A DNA stretch of 64,000 nucleotides from NCBI RefSeq assembly GCF_004010195.1, contig NC_057711.1:53557222-53621221 (forward strand), written 5' to 3'. Shown one piece after another: positions 11,873-24,083 of the stretch (position 1 is the stretch's first letter; each line of letters begins with the position of its first letter). The DNA comes from Chiloscyllium plagiosum. Lineage: Eukaryota. Position numbers and translations under genes: made by a program. A model generated the notes under the pieces. That model did no database searches. It had not been told where the DNA came from and saw nothing but the letters and a program-made list of their open reading frames with translations.

Positions 11873-12796
11873 AACATTACTTTGGCACAAGCTGATGTAT
11901 TGTGTCCAATTCTAGCCACTACATTTTATGAAAGATGTGCTAGTTTTGGAGAAGGTACACAGGAGATTTACAATTACGATCCTAGGGATGTGGGATTATA
12001 TTTATGTTGGCAGAAGTTTTCTTTCTTACGGTTATAACAGAGAGAATATTTGATAGAGATATTTAAAACCATGGGGCATTTAGAGTAAATAAAGTGAAAA
12101 TTGCTGAAGGTGAACGGTCAGTTATCACAGCACACAGACTATATTGTATAGTAACCATGCCAATTGAAAATTACACCCTATTACTGTCAATTTCATTTTT
12201 AGAAAGATATTATCCAGCTCTTTTTAAACTAAAGATCATTAATGTATTACTAATTACCTTTCGTAAAAGTCTGTTCCATATATCTACTCCTCCACATAGA
12301 ACATTAATTTCTAGAGACTGGAATTCTGCTGGGAGGTTGAAAAGTTGGTACAAATCAATCTCTACATGACTGGCAAACCCTGAACAGATGTTCCAGCTGT
12401 CAGTCTGTCAATTGTTCAGGTCATGACATCCACTGTCATCTAGGGGGGGGTAGCTCCACTTCTGAGAGCTGCTGGTCAATCAGACAGCTGGCAGCTCTCC
12501 AGTCCCTGCAGCACTTTCTGGAGGGGAGGCATCTACAGGCACTGCAGACAGTCTGCCAGGAGGAATGATCACTGGAGGCTGGATACAGAAGGTAAGTGGA
12601 GCAGTTTCACCACAGTCAGTTAGATCTTGGTGAGGATGACAGGGCATGTAGCGGCATGGCCAGATTATAGAGAATGAGAGGGGAGGACTACAGTGGGCAC
12701 ACTTCATCTGAATTGGAATTCACTGGTCCCTGGCCCCTGACCACCCACTGTGGGCCTGCAGAGAATAGCAAGAGCACTGTGAGGAGGCCCTTATGT

Positions 12797-13760
12797 TTTG
12801 TTTTTTTTTATTTCAAAATATACTTTATTCATAGAAATAGATCTTTGGTACTTGTACAATTTGTCATGTCGTTCATAGATATATACATTGCATGTCTTAA
12901 CATTACAAAGAACAGATTGAAATTAATCGAATTTACAGTTATCCTATTTACAGTTCCCTTTATTAACCATCCAGTCCCTTATTATTTAGCTGTGGCTTCA
13001 GCGGAGCCCACCTACTGAGTGGGCCCCCTGTTATACGATAGCAAAGGAACCTTCTTTAACCCCCAGTTTATGGGGTTACCANNNNNNNNNNNNNNNNNNN
13101 NNNNNNNNNNNNNNNNNNNNNNNNNNNNNNNNNNNNNNNNNNNNNNNNNNNNNNNNNNNNNNNNNNNNNNNNNNNNNNNNNNNNNNNNNNNNNNNNNNNN
13201 NNNNNNNNNNNNNNNNNNNNNNNNNNNNNNNNNNNNNNNNNNNNNNNNNNNNNNNNNNNNNNNNNNNNNNNNNNNNNNNNNNNNNNNNNNNNNNNNNNNN
13301 NNNNNNNNNNNNNNNNNNNNNNNNNNNNNNNNNNNNNNNNNNNNNNNNNNNNNNNNNNNNNNNNNNNNNNNNNNNNNNNNNNNNNNNNNNNNNNNNNNNN
13401 NNNNNNNNNNNNNNNNNNNNNNNNNNNNNNNNNNNNNNNNNNNNNNNNNNNNNNNNNNNNNNNNNNNNNNNNNNNNNNNNNNNNNNNNNNNNNNNNNNNN
13501 NNNNNNNNNNNNNNNNNNNNNNNNNNNNNNNNGCACCGTCCAGTTCTGTGTCTGACAATGGGACTGTCAGAGGATCGCAGCTCTCAGTTACCTGTAGTTG
13601 TGGGGCAGTGGGTACCCCCTGGTTCTTACTGGGTGGAGGGTGGACTTCGGGGGGTCCGTTGTTTCCTGGTTGGGAGGAAATGCCCTCCTCTTTACCTACG
13701 GCGCTCTGTCTCTTCTTCTGGTGGTGATGACCTTCTTTGCGCCCGTCTTCCCCTTATGTA
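12797..13760 (-). mobile_element. Probable L1/Tx1-clade element 3' end spanning a gap
   Basis: Minus strand ends AATAAAGTATATTTTGAAATAAAAAAAAA (poly-A signal plus A tail); GC-richer sequence on both sides of the gap; no protein motif readable. Confidence 0.4.
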
Positions 13761-13999
13761 GTCAATAATTGGTTACTTAAGAGTCTCCATTGGCCCCTTG
13801 ATCCTTCTCTTGTTGCTAGTAAACCTCTAGCTGACACAGGTAGGTTACAGTCATGGTACCCCTGTCACACCACTCAATTTTATTCCTTCCCCTATCTAGC
13901 CCAATTGCTCAGGTGGGGATGGGACTGTATAAAATTTTGGCCATGATTTTTATTGCTACTTGATTACTCCTGTCCTTTGCCACTGCACTCCCTTAAACT

Positions 14000-14610
14000 G
14001 AAACATAGAAATATTGAATATAGGAACATGTGTAGGCCATTTGGCCCTTCAAGTCTGCTCTGTCATCAATATGATCATGGCAAATCATCTAACTCAGTAA
14101 TCTGAAGCCACTTTAATCCTAAGGACAATATCAACACCTTTCTTGAAAGTCTGCGATGTTTTGGCCTCAACAGTTTTCTGTGGCAGAGAATTCCACAGGA
14201 TCGCCACTCTCTTGGTGTGGAAATTTATCCTATCCCAGTCTTAAAATTCCTACCCCTTATCTTCAGACCATAACCACTGGTTCTGGATCCTCCTCCCCAG
14301 TCACTGACTCTAGAACACTTTAACAGAATCTACCCATCAGTATCTATCCCTGTCTAATCCTGTCAGTTGTTTTAGGTTTGTATGAGATTCCCTCCTCATT
14401 CTTCTAATCTCCAGTGAATACAGTCCAAATGTACAGTATACAGACTCTCTCTTTATGTTAGTCCCAGCATACCAGTCTGATAACACCTGTTGCACTCTCA
14501 CTATAATCCTTGCTCAGATAAGGAGAGTAAAATTGCATGCGATACTCAGATGTGGTCTTACCAATGCCCTGTACAACTGCAGCAAGATAACCCTGCTCCT
14601 GTACTCAATA
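14000..14610 (-). mobile_element. Decayed CR1-type LINE 3' end
   Basis: IEYRSRVILLQLYRALVRPHL in ORF 14514..14705; tail AACATAGAAA at ~14002. Confidence 0.78.
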
Positions 14611-15169
14611 ATAAAAATGAATAAATATATGTAAACATTGGCCACAATACTTTGCATAAATAGCTTGTGTATATCTATATAATTTACACATTTCAACAGA
14701 ATCAATTAGCTAACCTGACTGACTACCTCATGGTAGCATGCATTTGACAAGTCCTTGGAAAACTATGCGAAAATACTTTTGAAAAGTATGTATTCAAAGT
14801 AAGGTAGCAAACTATCTATGGGTAGAGCAGCTTAGTGAATAACTTCTATACAAATGGGAACAGCTTTAAGTGAGCATTACACTGCAATAAAAATTGCTTG
14901 ATAATTATTTTAGTAACCAAACTGCAATGTTGGTACATATTTTGTCATCAAATGCTTTTATAATCTAACAGTACATGCAGAAGTAAATTAATTTTTAGCC
15001 ATCGAATTCTTGCAAAAAAATTCATTACAATTTTGCCAAAAATGTATGCAATTTGATAAATAAATTAACAAAATTTGAAAACAAGTAAGGCATTTTGTTT
15101 GGGGATGTTGAGAGCCTTCTTAACATAAACTTTCAAGTAACTTAAGGATAGATTTTGTTAAAGTGTTAT

Positions 15170-15632
15170 AGAGTCAGAAAGTCAGATGTATGGCATGCAA
15201 ACAAGCCCTTCAGTCCAACTTGTCCATGCTGGCCAGATATCCGAAATTAATCTCATCCCATTTGCCAGCATTTGGCCAATCTCCTTCTAAACGCTTCCTA
15301 TTGTACCATTCAATATTGTACTTTACCAGCCTCCACCACTTCCTCTGGCAACTTGTTCTATACACACACCACCCTCTGCGTGAAAACGTTGCCCCTCAGG
15401 TCCATGTTAAATCTTTCCCCTCTCACCTATGCCTTCTAGTTTTGGATTTCCCTACACTGGGGATAAGACCTTGGATGTACAACCTACCCATGATTTTATA
15501 AATTTCTGTAAGGTCATCCCTCAGCCTTTGATGCTCTAAGGAAAATATCCCCAGCCAAATCAGCCTCTTCCTGTAGCTCAAATCCTCTAATGCTGGGAAC
15601 ATTCTTGTAAATCTTTTCTGAACTCTTCCAAG
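15170..15632 (-). mobile_element. CR1 LINE 3' end
   Basis: Reverse-complement similarity to the 42500-42950 tail. Confidence 0.82.
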
Positions 15633-16019
15633 TTAGATTATTTGAAAGACTACACTTGAAATAGAAGTTTGAAATTGCCAATGTGGTTGTTCCATAAACC
15701 CATCAATAACCTCTAGTGACACATGATATTATTGGAATCCTGTTGGTGATGTATTTTGAGAATAAAATGGTCACTGTCGTTGCCTGTATTGCAAAAGTTA
15801 TCGCTTGGAAATAACTATTTTATTGTTGTGCTGAGATTATAGAGCTGAAAAAATGAGCAAAGGTTTACCTTTGAACCACAACATGAGATTTTATTTCATT
15901 TAGACAAACTCTTTCAATCAGCTTTTTTTTTAATTTATAATTGTAGTTATATGGAAAGTGTTGCTCACTATGAAAAAAAAGACAATTATGAACTTTGCAT
16001 TAAGGCGTACCAATTTTCT

Positions 16020-17650
16020 GTATATTTGATCTTATTTTGAGGACATAACCAAAAAGATTGATGAAGGCAGAGCAGTAGACATTGTCTACATGGACTTCAG
16101 CAAAGCCTTTGATGAGGTTCCACATAGTAGACTGATTCATAAGTTCATAAGATATCGGAGCAGAATTAGGCCATTCACCCAATTGAGTCTGATCTGCCAT
16201 TCAATCATGGCTGATATGCTCCTCACTCCCATTTTCCTGCCATCTCTCCATGTCCCTTCAACCCTTTACCAATTAAAGATCTGTCTGACTCCTCCTTAAA
16301 TGTACTCACTGTCCCAGCATCCACCGCACTTTGGGGTAGTGAATTCTAGTAAAATTAGATCACATGGGATTCAGGAAGAGCATGCCAATTGGATACAAAA
16401 GTGGCTTGATGATAGGAGACTAGAAGACAGAGGGAAATGGTGGAGGATTATTTTTCAGACTGGAGGCCTGTGACAGTGGTGTTCTGCAGGGATCAGTACT
16501 GGGTCCACTTTTGTTTGTAATTTACACAAATGATTTAGATGAGAATTTAACAGGCATGGTTAGTAAGTTTGCAGATGACACCAAAATTCATAGTATAGTT
16601 CACAGTGAATAAGACTATCTAAGAGTACAAAGGGATCTGATCAATTGGGCCAATGGGCTGAGGAGTGGCAGATGGAGTTTAATATGGATAAATGCGAGTT
16701 ATTGAAAAGAAAGCACTCTTGGTTATATAGGCCTGGAAGTCCAGTTTAGATTAAATACTCCATTTCATGCCTCTTATACAAACCAATGGTCTCATTGTTA
16801 TATGCAAAAGAATTAACATAAATACTTCATTGGGTAAAATTATTTTGTCTTCCTCCAATAAGATTTGCATAGAGTCATAGAGAGGTATGCATTTTGGTAA
16901 AACAAATAAAGGCAGGACTTATACAGTTAATAGTAGAGCCTTGGTTGTTGAGGAGAGAGACCTAGAAGTTCAGGTACATAGTTCTTTGAAAGTTGCATCA
17001 CATGTAGGCAGGATGGTTAAGAAGACTTTTAGCATGCTTGCCTTCGTTGCACAGAGCATTGAGTACAGGAGTTGGGATGTCATCTTGAGGTGATGTTGGT
17101 GAGGCTATTTTTGGAGTTCTGTGTGCTATTCTGGTCACCCTGCTATGGGAAGGATATCATTAAATTGGAGAGTGCTCATAAAAGATTTATCAGGATGTTG
17201 CCAGGTTTGGAGAGTTGGGTTATGAGGAGGGAGTGGATAGGCTGGGACCTTTTTCACTGGAGCACAGGAGATTGAGGTGTGACCTTACAGAGTATTATAA
17301 AATAATAAGGGACATAGATAAGGTGAATAGCAAAGGTCTTTCCATAGGGTTGGTGAGTTTACAGCTTGGGGGCATATTTTTAAGGTGAGAGAAGAAAGAT
17401 TTAAAAGGGATCTAAGGGACAGGTTTTTCACACAGGGGGTTGTTCCTGTGTGGAATGAGGAAGTGGTAGATGCAGGTACAGTTTCAACTCTTACAAGAGT
17501 TTGACAGGTACATGAATAGGAAAGGTATAGAGAGATATAGGCCCAAGTGCAGACAAGCAGGACTAGTTTAGCTTGGGAAACTCGATTGGCATGGAAAAGT
17601 TGGACTGAAGAGTCTGTTTCTGTGCTGTATGATTCTGTAACTCTGTATGA
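16020..17650 (+). mobile_element. Decayed CR1 LINE (RT to 3' tail) with two internal insertions
   Basis: MDFSKAFDEVPH, FADDT-coding DNA near 16570, MHFGKTN, CR1 3' tail ending in GATTCTGTAACTCT; interrupted near 16138-16346 and 16704-16880. Confidence 0.88.
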
Positions 17651-18039
17651 CCCTTTGCAAATCTCATTGGAAGAAGACAAAATAATTTTACCCGATGAAG
17701 CATTTATGCTAATTCTTTTGCAAATAGCAATGAGACCATTGGTTTCTATAAGAGAGACTAAATGGAGTATTTAATCTAAACTGCACTTCTAAGCCTATAT
17801 AACCGAGAGTACTTTCTTTTCAAAACTGTGTACCAGTTTCTTGCTTTAAGTGATCCCTATGCTGCATAGGTGGGTCGAGGTGGGATGTTCTTGAGAAGGT
17901 CGGTGTGGGCTTGATGGGCCAAATGGCCTGCTTCCACACTGCAGAGATCCTATGATTCTATGGAGACTTCTGTAGAAGTCAGCATGTCATTTATTTTCTG
18001 AAAAACCTTTCATGAGATCTGTCCAAACAACATACTTCA

Positions 18040-18351
18040 GACATTACATATTAGATTCTCTACAGTGTGGAAACAGGCCCTTTGGCCCAACAAGTCCACA
18101 CCACCCCTCCAAAGAGAAACCCACCCTCCTACCCTATATTTACCCCTGACTAATGTATCTAACACTGTGGGCAATTTAGCATGGCAAATTTATCTGATCT
18201 GCACATCTTTGGATTGTGGGAGGAAACCGAAGCACCCAGAGGTAACCCATGCAGACACGGGGAGAATGTGCAAACTCCACACAGACAGGCGGGAATTGAA
18301 CCCAGGTCCCTGGTGCTGCGAGGCAGCAGTGCTAACCACTGAGCCACTGTA
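18040..18351 (-). mobile_element. HE1-like SINE, tail-to-tail with a + strand 3' fragment at 17866-17962
   Basis: Reverse complement of the 2220 family. Confidence 0.88.
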
Positions 18352-20737
18352 CTGCCTCAAATTATTACGAATAATTGCCTCAAAGGTTCGTGATGGGTGC
18401 CAAGTGGGTTAAGGATTTTGCTGACTGGTTTACCACTTCCCTGAAATCTCAGTCATGTACTGCTTTGGAGCAGGAAACTCTTTAACTGTCCTTGTTTTCT
18501 GGAGATCTGGCTTTATGCCATTTTTGTCAACGATATATCCCAGAAATCAGAGAGTCCTTGAAGAACTCACGTTTCTCATTTGTGAGTAGACTTTGCTGTC
18601 TGCTGTCATTTCAAGACTGCATTTACTCTTTGGTAATGAATTTTTGTGCTTTCTGCTTGGATCAGAATATTATCTATACGATATTTAATGACCTCCAATC
18701 CCTGTACAATGCCTGACATTGGAAAATCATAGGAGCTGTGGCTTCATCACCTGTGGAATAATGTACATGTTGATAATTGCTTTCTTACTTACTGCATTAA
18801 TAAATGAGAAATCTCTCTAGTTATGTACAAACACAATAGTTTGGCATTTTTTGTGAATGTGATGCTGATTCTGTGTTAAGTTTATCTAAATCTGTGAATA
18901 ATTTGACATACTCTTTCTTGACGCTACTCTTCCAGTAGTTTATGGTTTTGACTTGGTGGATGCCAATAAGGGATTGTCCTGACTAAGCAGATGATGCATT
19001 CCTTTTCTGAACAGCACAATCTTCATGCCACAAAGATATTGATAATATTCTTTCCATTTTGGGCGTCTTTTCACCCATAAGGTATTACCTATGAAGGTTG
19101 CAATTCTATTTTCTTTAAACAAGGGTTTTTTTTGTTAGAATAATGGAGTAACGCTCATCCTATTGTGAACTTTGACATGAATTAGATGACTGTTAACCTG
19201 TATGATCTGTATCATGTCTGCTTCAGATGTGACATCTATTATCCCTAAGAAAATTGATTCATATCTTCTAGAGGTGGTATTTCATCATATCGTGACATAT
19301 TCCTATGAAAGAATGTCTTGGTAGTCTGAATTTTCTTTCAAATATGCTTACTGTAAGATAGCAACATTTAAACCTACTAGCTCTGTGACTCAATGGTTGT
19401 TTTTGACTCTTGTACATTCTCTGGAAATGTACCACCTTTTTACAAAAGTTACATTTTTTAAAAACAAGTTAGGTTAGTGTAATAAAGCTGGCCACTGTCA
19501 CTTTTTATGTAATTTTTAACTCTATGTCTAGAACAATAACCTCCAGCATCAAACTATTTAAAGACATTTTGTGTTGTGCTCTAACATGATTTTTTTTAAT
19601 TGATGTTTTTGCATTTTGCAAAGTTGACCAAGCTGAGGAGCTTCTTGAGCTAAGTTAACCTTCTATTTTCATTTTCCTAGCTGTTCCGAGGAGAAGTCCT
19701 TTATATCTGGATGGGTGGAGCTTATTTCACGGTTTTAATTAACTCTTTCAAGTACTAATCACCTACTGCAAAATTCCACATACCCAGCAACCAAGAACAA
19801 ACTCACTAAACCCTGTATGGTGAGGCCCTGCCCACCCTTGGGTTAATGCTAGTTGTGTCTCTCAAATAGGAATTAATTGCCTATTTAAGGCCTCAATTGC
19901 TTGCAGTGACTGAAGGCTATCAAAGAACCTTCCAACCAATGACTTAACCACAGTGGAGGCTTGAAGCTGACAGGGTCACTACCTGCCAATCTCCTGCCTG
20001 ATTAAATGCCCCCATTTCTCTCTCTCTCTTTCTGCTCCTTGCAGGTTGAATGAAGATTTTTCCCATAGATTTAGCATCACAGAGAAAGTCCATTGTATTC
20101 ATCCAAGATCTCCTTTCTCTATATAACTTTAACATTTTTTCAGTCAGTTCTTCACATTCCTTTTTAAAAGTTATGATTGATTTTGCTTCCTCTATTGCTT
20201 CTATTTGGGCAGTCTCATACCCTAACAATTGCTGCTCAATCCCACCCTCCTTTTTTTGGTTATGATCTTAAAATTATGTCGTCTAGTTTCTGACTCTATA
20301 ATAAGTGGAAATAGTTCATGGTGATTCCTGTTACTAAAATTCCTTGTTATTTTAAACACCGTTGTCAGACTGCCTCTCAACCATTTTAAAAGTGGTTCTG
20401 ATGAAACTGGTCTCATTTTCTCTCATCAGTCTTTACAACTAAAGCTTGTCATTCCTTGTGTCATCAACGGTATCTTCTGGTTTTGATGTTCTGCACTATT
20501 GGGTTGCTCAAACTAAATTATAAATTTGACCTAAATAATGGATAAAAGCCTCTGCTTTTATGCCCTAAAATCCATACAAATGTCCAAATCCAATGAGCAT
20601 TTCAAATAATATCTTTATGAACTTCTTCCAATATCTGTAATATCATGTTTGTTTGCATAAACACTGCAAACTTTGAAGTTTTCTCATGTACTCTCAAATA
20701 TTCTAGGAGGATTAGGTGATGTTTCCAAACAGTGACT

Positions 20738-20900
20738 CACTTGGTTAGCTCACCAGCTGGATAGCTGGCTTGCAATACAGGGTGATAATGACAGTGTGGA
20801 TTCAATTCCCACAATGGCTGAGGTAACCAAGAAGGATTCAACTTCACAACCTCTACTCTCGCCTGAGTTCTGGCCACCCTTTGTTTAAAGCACCAGCAGC
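20738..20900 (+). mobile_element. Short tRNA-derived SINE of a third family (inverted copy at ~28665-28815)
   Basis: GGTTAGCTCA A-box-like start and GGATTCAATTCC B box; the 28665-28815 copy is its diverged reverse complement and lies between CCTAAGCAGT repeats (28609, 28825). Confidence 0.55.
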
Positions 20901-22057
20901 CAGGATTTGGCAGGAGTGGTGATTTTGCCTCTACCTTTAGTAGAAGGTGCCCTCAAATTGATCCACCACCCCCCCAACCAACAACCGGAAATACCTCCTC
21001 CAAAGCCATTGCTTCTCCTTGATTAAATTTCATAACTCACTAGAATCTCCCTTCTGCTACCCCATTACATAACTCTCCTGAAGTAAATGTATTTATGAAT
21101 GGAAGAATTAGCTGTGGGGTTGAAATCAGTTATTGAATTCTATTACATCTTTGTCTCTTGGTCATTATAAAAGCTCAAGAAGAAGCTACTTTTTATTCAC
21201 TTGTGGGATGTTGGCATTGTTGGCTGGGACAGCATTTATTGTCTTTGAGAAGGTGGTGATGAACTGCCTTCTTGAACTGCTGCAGTCCATATTTTTCATT
21301 GCTGACAATAAATCAGACATTGAAACAAAGTTTACAAGGCAAGATATTTTGTGTTCTGCTGGAGTAAGAAGGAGAAAATCTTAAGGTACTGAATGCAGAG
21401 ATAAAACATTAAAAATGAAGAATGGTATTATTTGTGACATTCGGGAAGGTCCTTACCTTCTGTTCCTGCACAGCCACTATCTCAAGATTCTTCAGTGTGT
21501 TCTGTTCAAGGAGTCATTGATCTTTAAAGTGTCTGCTACTGATGAAGATGAAACCAAAAGGTTGAAACAAGCATTAGGGGATTTAGTTTTGAACAGGCAA
21601 CCACATATTGCCTGTGTGTTTAGCTTTTGGTGTTTGCTACACTAAATGAGCATTAATATAATCCTGTAAAGTAGAATGGCAGAATTATTCTTCTGTCCAT
21701 GTTAAAACTAATGAGTAAGTCACTCCTTGAATCATGTCCTGTCATTTACTTTAAAATCAGGATTATGTAAGCACGTTTCAAAGTTAGGAAAGACAACAAT
21801 ATTTCTTAAGCTCCTGAAAATATCAGCCACAGAACCTTGCTTATTTCCTTATTCATTTCCTTGACGATCCTGAAATTAAGTTACTCCGTCAGCCTTTAAT
21901 GCTTTGAACTTTTATATAGAACATGCTTTATTGAATTGTGCATTTGGTATAGGTTCCCAAGTAATTTTGATTGGGTTTGGAACTTTCTAGTCTTCTCTTC
22001 TACAGATTGATATGAAGGGTTAATTTAGCATATCATTTATTTTCTAATTCTCTATGA

Positions 22058-22376
22058 TTTAGATTTAAATTACATTACAGTGTGGAAATAGGCCCTTTGG
22101 CCAACAAATCCACACTGACCCGCCGAAGCGCAACCCACCCATACCCCTACATTTACCCCTTACTTACCTAACACTACGGGCAATTTAGCATGGCCAATTC
22201 ACCTGACCTGCACATCTTTGGACTGTGGGAGAAAACCGGAGCACCCGGAGGAAACCCACACAGACACGGGGAGAACGTGCAAACTCCACACAGTTAGTCG
22301 CCTGAGGCGGGAATTGAACCCGGGTCTCTGGCGCTGTGAGACAGCAGTGCTAACCACTGTGCCACCGTGTTGCCCA
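22058..22376 (-). mobile_element. Young HE1-like SINE (CpGs retained); inverted 3' fragment at 22490-22592
   Basis: Full A/B boxes and tail in reverse complement. Confidence 0.92.
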
Positions 22377-23349
22377 CGTGCAACATAATTTATCCCTTAA
22401 TTACCCTTGTGTTTGTGCTTTATATACATATGTAAATTATTTGTAATCTAACATTGCCCTTTAGATGATAAGGGGACCAACAATCGTAATGTTAGATGTA
22501 GGGGAATGGGTCTGGGTGGGTGCGCTTTGGTGGGTCGGTGTGGACTTGTTGGGCCGAAGGGCCTGTTTCCACACTAAATAATCTAATCTAATCATTATTT
22601 TCTGAATTCCAGGGTTTTTTTTCTGATTCCTTGTGCTTTTAGAAAATGTTTGTTTGTACAATATAAAACAGTAAAATTTTAAAAATGACATGGTATTTCA
22701 GTTAATTTAAGTAATCCTAGCATGATTTAACTTTATTTGAAATAATTATTACACTGTAAGTAATGGATACAACCTAGATCTAAAATAAGTTGTGTGTGAA
22801 AGACAGAATATAGAATCACATGTTATGATTCAAAGTTTGATTATTATGATGTGTTTAGATGCAATAACTAAAGTCTTAAAAATAATTTGTTGATAGTATG
22901 TGTGTGCAAGGTGTGGGTGTGAGATTTCTTCTGTGCGAGTAAAGTGTATAGCCCAGGAAATGTTGTTTGTGTACACTTCAGTAGATAGATGTAAAGATGT
23001 AATAATTATGAACCAGATTGACTAGTGAATGTTCCATATTGTCCAACTATCATATCTGAAGAAAATTGATCACTTTTATCAATACTTCTACACTAGAATT
23101 CAGCCCCTGAGGCATATCTCTATTATCATTAGTGATGCACCATGACTGATATGAGTGACCCAGTTTTGCAGATTTGTTTGGTGTCACACATCTCCTGCTT
23201 TTACTAGTCTCCCTCTGCTAAGTAATAACAATTTGTATTTGCCTTTAATGTAGGGAACATCAAACAAAGTAACAGATGTTGAACAGTTAGGATACAGTTT
23301 TGATTTGAGCAACAAAATCATTTCCAGAAGGTTGACGTTAGATTTCTTT

Positions 23350-23570
23350 TTAGATTAGATTATTTACAGTGTGGAAATAATCCTTCGGCCCAACAAGTCC
23401 ACACCGACCCTCCGAAGAGCAACCCACCCAGACCCATTCCTCTACATTTACACCTTCACCTAACACTACGGGCAATTTAGTATGGCCAATTCACCTAACC
23501 TACACATTTTTGGACTGTTGGAGGAAACCGGAGCACCCGGAGGAAACCCACGCAGACACGGGGAGAATGC
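23350..23570 (-). mobile_element. 5'-truncated HE1-like SINE
   Basis: Matches 22058-22280 and stops at GGGAGAATG. Confidence 0.88.
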
Positions 23571-24083
23571 GTTTTAAGGCCAAATACAAAAAGGCCAAAA
23601 CTGCAGGAATTAAGTCTCATGTAGAGGATATGGGATGGAGGAAAGTAACAGAAATAAATGGGTCAAAGCCATAGAAGGATTTGAGGATAAACATGAAGCT
23701 TTTAAATACAGGTTGATGGAAGGTGATTATAGATGAACGAGACATAATCCAGAATACAGTGGCAATATAGGCTATAGCTGGGTGTATTTGAGATCAGTTG
23801 GTATTCGTCAAAACTAGGACACCAGTGAAGAGAGTATTTAAGGAATGACGTATAGGTTTGCCAAAACAATTTTGTTTCTTAATACTTACTTAGCAAAGAC
23901 AGCAATATAGTGTCTGGACAGCCAGGAAGCTGTTGTAATGGGAGTATGGTTAATCATCAGTCAATGCCTTATGAGTTGGTTAATTGTCTTCCTCAAGTAT
24001 GGGAGGGGAGATGCTGGTGTCATGGTATTATCAGTGGACTAGTAATCCAGAAGCCCAGACTAATGCTATTGGGGCAAGGGTTC

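Noticed and set aside
21539-21556. CTGATGA-agat-GAAAC hammerhead-like string
   Set aside because: No stem II and no pairing stem I; chance match.
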